A stretch of 64,000 nt of DNA from Thermoplasmatota archaeon (GTDB taxonomy: Archaea > Thermoplasmatota > E2 > DHVEG-1). The notes beneath the pieces were generated by a model. The model saw only the letters and a program-made list of their open reading frames with translations. It ran no database searches and was not told where the DNA came from. Position 1 is the first letter of the stretch. Each line of letters begins with the position of its first letter. This document shows positions 8,786-17,292 of this stretch, piece by piece. The stretch lies in the NCBI GenBank assembly GCA_041550515.1, contig JBFEOQ010000002.1, positions 11,926-75,925 of the forward strand. Direction: 5' to 3'. Both the position numbers and the translations under genes were made by a program.

Positions 8786-9133
8786 TTATTGAACAACATC
8801 AATTTCTGGAGTTTCTTGTTCTTCTTTATTTTTATCCTCTTTTTTCTTCTTATTAGAGACAACCTTATCAGGAAAAAAACTCAAAATAACTATATCCCCA
8901 ACAGAATTAACCCACCTATAAGGCACTGCAACATCCACAGTTCCTTCTACAATAGCAGGATTAGTATTAGTAACAAGTAAACTACTAACCTTCTTTTCAT
9001 CCATGTCCAAGAAAATATTCCTAACATGACCAACATATTTTCCCTGACGAGTATAAACTGGTAATTTCAAAAATGATGTTACTTCTTCTGTGTTAATTTT
9101 AGCGTCCATATTTGTCATAAAATCAAAATGCAT
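8786..9133 (-). CDS. PRC-barrel domain protein
   Basis: VYTRQGKYVGHVRNIFLDMDEKKVSSLLV is a typical archaeal PRC-barrel pattern. Lys/Glu-rich C-terminal tail. Confidence 0.6.
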   Translation of the reverse strand: MHFDFMTNMDAKINTEEVTSFLKLPVYTRQGKYVGHVRNIFLDMDEKKVSSLLVTNTNPAIVEGTVDVAVPYRWVNSVGDIVILSFFPDKVVSNKKKKEDKNKEEQETPEIDVVQ

Positions 9134-9213
9134 TTACTTATATTAAAATGTGATGGTAAAAAAATAAAATAAACGAAATCTTTTTTGACTATATCTGATT
9201 TCATATTAATAAA

Positions 9214-10365
9214 ATGGACAATAAAAAAATAGATAAAATACAAAAAAAACTTAAAAAATATCATGAAAAAGATTTTTCTTTTTCTAAAGGGCAAATACTA
9301 GGATCAATGTGTACACAGCCGTTACCAATAGCAAAAATTGCATATGAAATGTTTCTTGAAACAAATATAGGAGACCCCAAACTATTCCCAGGCTCTAAAG
9401 AAATAGAAAAAAAATATCTTATTTTCCTAAAAAAACTATTAAATGCCCCTGAGAAAAGCCAAGGAATTATTGGAAGCGGAGGTACAGAGAGTAATATTGC
9501 CGCTGTTTGGCTTGCTAAGAAACTAAATCCTTATAAAAAAAAGCTTATTATACCTGACAGTGCCCACTTTTCTTTTAAAAAAATTGAATCAATTATGGAT
9601 ATAACCCTCGATTATGTTAAACTTAATAAGAATTATCAGATGGATATTAAGGAAGTTAAGAAAAAAATTAATTCAAAAACTTTAGGTGTTGTTGGAATAG
9701 CAGGTACAACAGAACTTGGTGTAATTGATCCAATACCTAAGCTTTCAGAAATTTGTCAAAAAGAAAACATTTTTTTACATATTGATGCAGCATTTGGAGG
9801 TTACATTATTCCTTTTTTACAAAACTTAGGATATAAAGTTCCTAAATTTGATTTTAGAAATCTTGGTATATGCAGTATTACAATTGATGCTCATAAAATG
9901 GGATGTTCTGCAATACCACTAGGTTCTCTTATAGTAAAAAACGAGGAATGGCTTGAAAAAATAAGTGTTAATACACCTTACATTAGTAGTACCAAACAAT
10001 CAGGAATTATCGCAACTCGTTCTGCAGCACCAGTAGCAGCCGCCTATGCTGTTTCAGAGTATTTGGGAATAAAAGGTTATACTAATATAGTTGAAAAATG
10101 TATTAATAATACATTTTATTTAAAAAAAAGAATTGAGGAAATAGGATTAAAACTTGTTACCTACCCTACACTTAATATTATTGCAATAAAATTAAAAAAT
10201 CCTACAAAAATTGTAAATCTTTTAACAAAAAAAGGTTATAAACTAAATAAGATAGAAAGATATTCTGCAGTGAGAATTGTTATTATGCCTCATGTTACAA
10301 AGCAAGTTATTGATAAATTTATACCTGTTTTTCAAAAAACATGTAAAGAGATAGGTGAAATTTAA
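9214..10365 (+). CDS. mfnA: PLP-dependent group II decarboxylase, MfnA-type (tyrosine/aspartate decarboxylase)
   Basis: ILGSMCTQP, SGGTESNIAAV and DAHKMG (PLP lysine) motifs. Size about 380 aa. Confidence 0.8.
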   Translation: MDNKKIDKIQKKLKKYHEKDFSFSKGQILGSMCTQPLPIAKIAYEMFLETNIGDPKLFPGSKEIEKKYLIFLKKLLNAPEKSQGIIGSGGTESNIAAVWLAKKLNPYKKKLIIPDSAHFSFKKIESIMDITLDYVKLNKNYQMDIKEVKKKINSKTLGVVGIAGTTELGVIDPIPKLSEICQKENIFLHIDAAFGGYIIPFLQNLGYKVPKFDFRNLGICSITIDAHKMGCSAIPLGSLIVKNEEWLEKISVNTPYISSTKQSGIIATRSAAPVAAAYAVSEYLGIKGYTNIVEKCINNTFYLKKRIEEIGLKLVTYPTLNIIAIKLKNPTKIVNLLTKKGYKLNKIERYSAVRIVIMPHVTKQVIDKFIPVFQKTCKEIGEI

Positions 10366-10420
10366 AAAACAAAATAATAAAATATTTACACTATAAGAAT
10401 ATATACTATCCTTGGATATT

Positions 10421-10612
10421 ATGACAAATTCTATACCTGCACACAATCACTGCATGATATGTATGAAAGCAATTCCAACTTCTGAAACTCTTTGCTCTGA
10501 TGAATGCAAACAGAAATATCAAGCAATGTTAAAAAAGAAAAAGTTGACACTACTATTTTTATGGGTTATGATAATTGCTTTTCTAGCTGTATTATTTTTT
10601 GTAAATTTATAA
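10421..10612 (+). CDS. Small zinc-ribbon plus TM protein (DUF2116-like)
   Basis: CMIC...CSDEC cysteine pattern followed by a basic linker and one TM helix. The ATG at 10421 is preferred over the TTG at 10412. Confidence 0.55.
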   Translation: MTNSIPAHNHCMICMKAIPTSETLCSDECKQKYQAMLKKKKLTLLFLWVMIIAFLAVLFFVNL

Positions 10613-10619
10613 TCTATTT

Positions 10620-10778
10620 TTATTCAGCGAGTTCTTCCTGTAAATCTATTACCATCTCGGTAAGTACATCTTCGAATACTTGATGACGATATTCTTTGAT
10701 TGAACCATTTGAAAGATGAGCTCTTGCAACAAAGTCTCGTCCATCTTTAATTATCTCAATATGACAGACAGTTTCCAT
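10620..10778 (-). CDS. Small acidic protein (52 aa), tentatively UPF0150/HicB-N-like fold
   Basis: Hand translation: METVCHIEIIKDGRDFVARAHLSNGSIKEYRHQVFEDVLTEMVIDLQEELAE. Not in the track (under 60 aa). The family call is only a resemblance. Confidence 0.4.
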   Translation of the reverse strand: METVCHIEIIKDGRDFVARAHLSNGSIKEYRHQVFEDVLTEMVIDLQEELAE

Positions 10779-10894
10779 AAGTAATTCACTTTAGTTTGCA
10801 AACCCGAATTCATCGACTATATTTATATTTTTTGTGGACAAAGTTTAATCAATTAAAAAATATACAGAAATTGATATAGGAGGAATTAATTTCT

Positions 10895-11776
10895 TTGAAT
10901 AAAATAAGACAACCAACTGTTGCAGGGCAATTCTATGATGCAAATAAAACTAATTTAAGAAAAACAATTGAAAAATGTTTTACTGATTCCAGAGGTCCTG
11001 GTGAAATTCTAAAAGTAAAAAATACAAATAAAAAGGTTAAAGGATTAATAGTTCCACATGCAGGTTTTATTTTTTCAGGATCTATTGCTGCTTACTCGTA
11101 TAAATTTCTTGCAGAACATGGTTTTGCAGATTCTTTTATAATAATTGGTCCAAACCATACAGGTATGGGATCTGATGTATCTGTAATGACTGAAGGTGAA
11201 TGGATGACTCCTTTTGGAACAACTCAAATAAATGAAAAAATCGCGAAACAATTAGCATGTGATATAATAGATAATGATGAAACTGCTCATAATTATGAGC
11301 ATAGTATAGAAGTCCAGTTACCATTTTTACAGTTTATAATTGGAAATAATAACTTTAATTTTGTACCTATATGTATGAGAAAACAAGATTTTGAAACATC
11401 ACAAGAGGTAGGAAATATAATTGCAAATATAATTAAAAATTCAGATGAAAATATTGTAATTATTGCAAGTACAGATTTTACACATGCAGGTTTTAATTAT
11501 AATAGTATGCCACCCGAAGGAATACGTGTTGACAAATATGCTGAAAACCAAGATAAACTAGCAATAGAAAAAATATTAAAACTTGATTCAAAAGATCTGA
11601 TAAATACAGTTGAAAAAAACAATATTACAATGTGTGGATATGGACCTGTAGCCTCTCTTATTATTGCAGCAAAACAACTTGGTGCAAAAGAAGTTAAATT
11701 ACTTAAATATGGTACCAGCTATGAGGTACAACCTTCTAACTCTTGTGTTGGTTATGCTGCATTATCTTTTTACTAA
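10895..11776 (+). CDS. MEMO1-family protein (AmmeMemoRadiSam system protein B)
   Basis: RQPTVAGQFYDAN...VPHAGFIFSG...NHTG...EHSIEVQLPFL motifs. TTG start with a GGAGGA SD. Confidence 0.85.
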   Translation: MNKIRQPTVAGQFYDANKTNLRKTIEKCFTDSRGPGEILKVKNTNKKVKGLIVPHAGFIFSGSIAAYSYKFLAEHGFADSFIIIGPNHTGMGSDVSVMTEGEWMTPFGTTQINEKIAKQLACDIIDNDETAHNYEHSIEVQLPFLQFIIGNNNFNFVPICMRKQDFETSQEVGNIIANIIKNSDENIVIIASTDFTHAGFNYNSMPPEGIRVDKYAENQDKLAIEKILKLDSKDLINTVEKNNITMCGYGPVASLIIAAKQLGAKEVKLLKYGTSYEVQPSNSCVGYAALSFY

Positions 11777-11800
11777 ATAACAAGGTAGTGATTTTATAAT

Positions 11801-12739
11801 ATGATGGAAAAAAAAGTAAAGGATATTGAACTTAAAATAGAAACAACAAATGAACTGATAAAACAACTATATGATTCTGGAGGATTTACTGCAAAAAAAC
11901 TTGCAGTAGGTATAGATATTCTTGAAGAAATGATAAAACAAAAAAATTGTATAAAATTTTTAAGTTTTCCAGCTTGTATTATTTCAACTGGTACTCGTGG
12001 AATTATAAAAGAACTTATAAAAAAAAAACTATGTGATATTGTAATCACTACTTGTGGAACATTGGATCATGACCTGGCAAGACTATGGCAAAATTACTAC
12101 CATGGTCATTTTATAGCAGATGATAAAGAACTACATAATCAAGGTATAAACAGACTTGGTAATATCTTTATACCAAATGAATCCTATGGAAAGATACTCG
12201 AAGAAAAAATGCAACCAATATTAGAAAATATTTACCAAAAAAATAAAAGATGGTCTACAAAAGATTTAATATGGGAGTTTGCAAAACATTTAGAAAAAGA
12301 AAAAAATAAACAAGAGTCAATACTCTATTGGTCTTATAAAAATAAAATACCGATATATATACCAGGTATTACAGATGGAGCATTTGGTTCACAGATATGG
12401 ATGTTTTATCAAACTCATCGTGACTTTACAATAGATATTTTAAAAGATGAACAAGAACTTTCAGATGTCGTATTTATGGCAAAACACACAGGAGCCCTAA
12501 TTATTGGTGGTGGGATCTCAAAACATCATGTAATCTGGTGGAATCAATTTTGTAATGGTCTAAATTATGTTGTATATATTACAACTGCTGCTGAATATGA
12601 TGGAAGCCTTTCTGGCGCACAAACACGAGAAGCAATTTCTTGGGGTAAAATAAAAGAAAACGCAAAAAAAGTAACAATTCATGGTGATGCAACTATAATA
12701 CTACCATTTATGATTAGCGCCCTTATTGAAAGAATATAA
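11801..12739 (+). CDS. dys: Deoxyhypusine synthase
   Basis: GGGISKHH, ITTAAEYDGSLSGA and EAISWGK motifs. About 310 aa. Confidence 0.88.
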   Translation: MMEKKVKDIELKIETTNELIKQLYDSGGFTAKKLAVGIDILEEMIKQKNCIKFLSFPACIISTGTRGIIKELIKKKLCDIVITTCGTLDHDLARLWQNYYHGHFIADDKELHNQGINRLGNIFIPNESYGKILEEKMQPILENIYQKNKRWSTKDLIWEFAKHLEKEKNKQESILYWSYKNKIPIYIPGITDGAFGSQIWMFYQTHRDFTIDILKDEQELSDVVFMAKHTGALIIGGGISKHHVIWWNQFCNGLNYVVYITTAAEYDGSLSGAQTREAISWGKIKENAKKVTIHGDATIILPFMISALIERI

Positions 12740-12747
12740 AAACAGAA

Positions 12748-13611
12748 TTACTGCCAAAACATAGCTTTCATAATTTTTTTAATATTTCCAGGTAACTCAC
12801 CTTTTTTCTTACCACTAATCATATCAATTGTTGCACTCGCAAGCATATTCACAGTTTCAGAAAAAAACCATCGACCATAATCTGCATCTGCACGAGCTGG
12901 ACTACCAATATAACCTTCTGTAATTCCAATATCTTTAAATTTTTTACCGATAACTCTTGGAGAATTAATATCACGATAAATATTTTGTAAATTTTTATAA
13001 GATTCATCTACAAGATAAGGATACTGATATTTCATAACACTTGTTTCACGAAAACAAGCATGAATTTCCTTACTAGTATCAAAACCTAATTTAGGCTCAC
13101 GCTCTATAACCATATTATTATAAAAATATGGACCCCATGGTTCAACAGATTTCATATTATATTTTGATTCGAGTTTATTTATTGCAGAATAAATACCACG
13201 AAGATGACCTATTGCCATATGATAAGTGCATATAACAAAATATTTAAAACCATGTTCACCTAAACTACTACCAATTCCAAATATTATATCTCTAACAATT
13301 TTACTACTAATAGATATACTACCAGGAAAATCTGTGGTAAATTTACAAAAACCAAGAGGAACTGCAGGCATTAAAATACATATAAATTCTGGTTTTTTAA
13401 TATTAATAATTTTAATCGCCTCTTTTACTGCATCAGATATAATTAAAAAATCAGTACCAACTGGTAAATGTGGTCCATGCTCTTCCATAGGACTAATCGG
13501 TAAAAAAAACACAGCTTTATCTTTATTTAATTCACTTAGTTTTTTCCAAGTTAGTTCTTCAAATTTCAAGAAATTTCCATTTTTTTTGTTAATTATTTTT
13601 TTATTTTTCAA
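12748..13611 (-). CDS. Creatininase-family amidohydrolase
   Basis: PISPMEEHGPHLPVGTD metal-binding motif typical of the creatininase/ArfB family. Confidence 0.7.
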   Translation of the reverse strand: MKNKKIINKKNGNFLKFEELTWKKLSELNKDKAVFFLPISPMEEHGPHLPVGTDFLIISDAVKEAIKIINIKKPEFICILMPAVPLGFCKFTTDFPGSISISSKIVRDIIFGIGSSLGEHGFKYFVICTYHMAIGHLRGIYSAINKLESKYNMKSVEPWGPYFYNNMVIEREPKLGFDTSKEIHACFRETSVMKYQYPYLVDESYKNLQNIYRDINSPRVIGKKFKDIGITEGYIGSPARADADYGRWFFSETVNMLASATIDMISGKKKGELPGNIKKIMKAMFWQ

Positions 13612-14513
13612 GTTGTAACCTCACAGCCATTCTTTGTTATTATAACAGTATGTTCTTTTTGGGTGACAGTCCCTTTTTTTTGTTCTACTAACTGAGGATA
13701 TTGTTTAATCAATCCTAAAAAACAAAGTCTATTCAAAATTATATCACTATTGTTTTTAAAAAAATTATTAATCGAACGTTGAGAAAAAGGAAGAGATCTA
13801 AATATTTTATAGATATTATTAAACCAAATATTTGCACGTTTATCTCTAATAAACCTGGATCGAATTGTTTTTTCACAAAGAAATATATTACTCCCTTTCC
13901 CAGAAATTACATGCCCTAATCCATCTGTAGCGAAAGGTTCAATTGCTATAACATCTCCAATTCTTGGCTTTAAAGTGTTTAAGAAATCTGGAACACTAGG
14001 AATACTCATTCCAGAATGTAGAACATATCTTTTAAGACTATGACCTGTCAAATTATCTATTGATGTATAACCAAAATCTTTTATGGTTTTTTGTACGTTT
14101 TTTCCAATTTCGGAAAGATTTATCTCTGGTTTGATTAATTCTATCGCTGTTTTTAATCCTTCATCTACTGCTTTTATCATATCAGTACATCTTTTTGTTT
14201 CAATTTCAATTGTTAATGCGGTATCTGCAATAAAACCTTCAACATGTGCTCCAACATCAAGTTTTACTACATCGCCTTTCTTAAAAATATAATTATTATC
14301 ATGACGTGGTGTGAAATGCGCTGCAATTTCGTTAAGCGATATATTTACAGGAAAAGCAATTTCTGCCCCTTTTTGCTGAATCCTTGTTTCTACTTTTTCA
14401 GCAACATCTAAAAGTGCAACACCTGATTTAATTAGACTTGCTCCATAATCACGTGCTTCTGCAGCGATTCGTCCTGCAAGTCTATATTTTTCAATTGTTT
14501 TATTATCGATCAA
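13608..14513 (-). CDS. map: Methionine aminopeptidase, type 2 (archaeal)
   Basis: YRLAGRIAAEAR, DVVKLDVGAHVEGFIAD and IDNLTGHS motifs. 4-nt overlap with the downstream gene. Confidence 0.88.
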   Translation of the reverse strand: MIDNKTIEKYRLAGRIAAEARDYGASLIKSGVALLDVAEKVETRIQQKGAEIAFPVNISLNEIAAHFTPRHDNNYIFKKGDVVKLDVGAHVEGFIADTALTIEIETKRCTDMIKAVDEGLKTAIELIKPEINLSEIGKNVQKTIKDFGYTSIDNLTGHSLKRYVLHSGMSIPSVPDFLNTLKPRIGDVIAIEPFATDGLGHVISGKGSNIFLCEKTIRSRFIRDKRANIWFNNIYKIFRSLPFSQRSINNFFKNNSDIILNRLCFLGLIKQYPQLVEQKKGTVTQKEHTVIITKNGCEVTT

Positions 14514-15100
14514 AACATCCTCCTAAGGACTTTTTTAGAAGGAATTGAGCCTTCTCTTAAAATCATTACTTTTTCATTTGATATATCAACTATGGTTGAA
14601 GGTTTGCTCTTCAGCTCCCCCGCATCAAGATATATATTTATTTTGTCTTTAAATTGAATCCTTATATCATTTATTTTATAAGGTGTAGGAAAACCATGAA
14701 TATTTGCACTTGTACAAGTTAAAGGACCAAAGGCTGATAGAATTTGTAAAGCAATATTATTATTTGGTATGCGAACTGCTATACGATCACTACCTGCAGT
14801 TAATATATCTGAAATAGCTTTTTTCTTTTTTAAAATGAGTGTAAGCTTACCGGGTAAAAACCTCTCGGAGATACGAATTATTCGATCATCAACAAATGCT
14901 ACATCTTTTAGGGCATCAATATTTGAAACTGCAATACTTAATGGTTGATTAAAAGACCTTTTTTTAATTAAAAATATATTTTTGACTGCAGATTTATTAA
15001 AGATATCTGCACCTAATGCATATAAAGTATCTGTTGGATAAACAATTAATTCACCTTTTTTTAATGAAGAGACAACTTTAGTAAGATCAAAACTTGACAT
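14510..15100 (-). CDS. L-threonylcarbamoyladenylate synthase, YrdC-only form (Sua5/YrdC family)
   Basis: VYPTDTLYALGAD, RIAVRIPNN and TSANIHG motifs. 196 aa, no SUA5 C-terminal domain. Confidence 0.85.
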   Translation of the reverse strand: MSSFDLTKVVSSLKKGELIVYPTDTLYALGADIFNKSAVKNIFLIKKRSFNQPLSIAVSNIDALKDVAFVDDRIIRISERFLPGKLTLILKKKKAISDILTAGSDRIAVRIPNNNIALQILSAFGPLTCTSANIHGFPTPYKINDIRIQFKDKINIYLDAGELKSKPSTIVDISNEKVMILREGSIPSKKVLRRMF

Positions 15101-15118
15101 AAAAAATCAAACACATTT

Positions 15119-15598
15119 TTATTTATTTTTTATAAAATCACCCAATGTACGACCACCACTAGTTCGACCATAACCCTTCATTGCATAACTAGGAGGACTT
15201 GCGATTTCTTCAAATAAATTTATATTCAATTCTTTTTCAAGTTTTTTCGCGATCTTATCACTTGGTTTAAGATCACCATTCTCAATTTTTGAAATTGTAA
15301 CTGTACGCTCACCAATACGGAAACCTAGTTCTTCACGGCTTAAGCCTTTTTTCTCTCGTCCCTTTTTTATAAGAATATTAAAATTGGACACAAGTTCTTT
15401 TGTCATATCTTTATAAACATCTTTTTCTTTTGGTCGGTGAATTCTCTTTAAAATAGGTGTTTGAGCATTAGGTTTAGTTGAAGATGATACAGCGATACTT
15501 TTACCATATTTTATACAGTCTGGACAAAGCATCATTTTAACATCATCAATAATTGCAGGTTTACAATCACATTCTTTACCACAAAGTTCACATTCCAT
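15119..15598 (-). CDS. Multiprotein-bridging factor 1 (MBF1), zinc-ribbon plus HTH
   Basis: N-terminal CELCG...CPDC zinc ribbon and a C-terminal XRE-type HTH (GLSREELGFRIGERTVTISKIENG). Confidence 0.85.
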   Translation of the reverse strand: MECELCGKECDCKPAIIDDVKMMLCPDCIKYGKSIAVSSSTKPNAQTPILKRIHRPKEKDVYKDMTKELVSNFNILIKKGREKKGLSREELGFRIGERTVTISKIENGDLKPSDKIAKKLEKELNINLFEEIASPPSYAMKGYGRTSGGRTLGDFIKNK

Positions 15599-15626
15599 AT
15601 TTTTTATCCCTAAAACTATTTATTGT

Positions 15627-16508
15627 TTAGATTAACCCAGCTTTTTGTAAAGCCATAAGATCTTCAGTACTTAGTTTTTCACCACGTTTAAATCTTTCAA
15701 AGATTTCATCTGCTTCTTTATGTGCAGCAGTTACTTCTTCAGCTTTTTTAGTTTTTCGTTTCTTTTCATGGCCTATAGTAATCTTGCGTTCTAAATCATG
15801 TATTTTATCGACACTTTCGATAAATTCTTTATGAACTTTATCTGCCTCAATTTTTGTAATAACAATCGTTTCTTGAATAATATTTACCTTTTTTACTAGA
15901 TTTTCTAGTTGTTTGATAAGGTTAATCATATTTTCATGTTCTTCTTGTGCGCGGCTTGCAAGTTTTTCAACTGTATCATGCTGTTTTTCTGCTTTTTGTT
16001 TTATAATTTTTTCTTCTTCAAGTGCTTTTTTAAGCTTTGGATCCCTGTTAAGTTTATCCTCTGCATCTTTAATCTTTGAATGTAAAATGGATATATTTTC
16101 AATTAATTTTTTCTCTTTTTGTGGAGACATTGCAGTTGTCATCTGCTCATTTTCAAGTGTTCTTATTTGTTTTCTTAAAAGATTTAAATTTGCGCCGAAT
16201 GCAGAAGATCTTTCTTTTTCTAATTCTTCTATTTTTTTCTTGATTTCACTATAGCTTTTATTTAACTTGTTTCTTTGATCCTTTGCATGTTTTACTCTTT
16301 CGTTTAACTCGTCTCGATTTTTTTTATGATCAGAAATTTTATTTCTTAGATTTCTGATTGTAGAATTTAAATTATCTCTTTCATCTGCAAGTTTCTTAGA
16401 TTTATCATGTAAATTATTTCTTTTATTTTTTAAATCATTTGCATTATTTTGTAATTTATCTTTTTCTTTAATTAAATCGTCTACTGAATCACTCATTATG
16501 GACCCCAT
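15627..16508 (-). CDS. Archaeal coiled-coil protein (COG1340-like)
   Basis: About 290 aa of heptad-rich K/E/N/L sequence with no catalytic motifs. Confidence 0.55.
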   Translation of the reverse strand: MGSIMSDSVDDLIKEKDKLQNNANDLKNKRNNLHDKSKKLADERDNLNSTIRNLRNKISDHKKNRDELNERVKHAKDQRNKLNKSYSEIKKKIEELEKERSSAFGANLNLLRKQIRTLENEQMTTAMSPQKEKKLIENISILHSKIKDAEDKLNRDPKLKKALEEEKIIKQKAEKQHDTVEKLASRAQEEHENMINLIKQLENLVKKVNIIQETIVITKIEADKVHKEFIESVDKIHDLERKITIGHEKKRKTKKAEEVTAAHKEADEIFERFKRGEKLSTEDLMALQKAGLI

Positions 16509-16551
16509 TAATAGCCTTTAAAGGTACTACCCTGTAAATATAAAGTATTAT

Positions 16552-17244
16552 TTAACTATTAGTTTTATATTTAAACATAATTACACCATATAAAAGAACC
16601 GCTATTATCCCTGTTAGAAAAATAAGGTCAAATAATACAGCACCTCCAATTGTTGCCATTATCCCAAGTTTCGTAGGTGAGTTATTAAGAAGTTCAGATA
16701 AATGCAAGAAATCAGCACCTATTAGAACACCAAAAGTACTTGATGAATAAGATAATACAGCTCCTTTTGTAAAGTCCTTTCTAAAAAGTATAATCGATAT
16801 TAAACAAGCAAAAACTGCTGGTAATAACCAATATGGAAAACTTGCAACAATTCCTTGACTTGGTTCAACTCTGGTAATAAAATATGTAATTATTGTTATT
16901 ATTATTGTTGCAATTAAAATTTGTTTATAAGATATCTTTCTTTTTATTATCAAATAAAAACTTAAGATTATAGGTATTAAAGCTCCACCTGTGTTTATTC
17001 CAACAATCCAATTATTATATCTAAAAAGAGCGATATTTGAAATATCGTATCCAAAAATAATTATTGGGAAAGTAAAAATGAATGATATAAAAACAATAAA
17101 AGTGGATTCTATACCTGAGAAACCGAGATATTTAAAAGCCCTGGTTAAAAGTAGATATACCAAATAAATTAATAATATGGGTATGCTAATTAGTATAACC
17201 CAAATAATAATCTCAAATATATTTATTTCAGCAAAGTAAAACAT
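16552..17244 (-). CDS. Polytopic membrane protein (DUF1614-like)
   Basis: 6-7 predicted TM helices and an INTGGALIPI motif. Family call is tentative. Confidence 0.5.
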   Translation of the reverse strand: MFYFAEINIFEIIIWVILISIPILLIYLVYLLLTRAFKYLGFSGIESTFIVFISFIFTFPIIIFGYDISNIALFRYNNWIVGINTGGALIPIILSFYLIIKRKISYKQILIATIIITIITYFITRVEPSQGIVASFPYWLLPAVFACLISIILFRKDFTKGAVLSYSSSTFGVLIGADFLHLSELLNNSPTKLGIMATIGGAVLFDLIFLTGIIAVLLYGVIMFKYKTNS

Positions 17245-17292
17245 ATTAATTTCTTTGATATAGATACCATTTATAAACCTTGTTTATATAAC

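Noticed and set aside
10679-10740. Possible intergenic box C/D sRNA (UGAUGA at 10681 and GAUGA at 10715)
   Set aside because: No CUGA D/D' boxes occur at the required 12-nt spacing. The region is better explained as the 52-aa minus-strand ORF.
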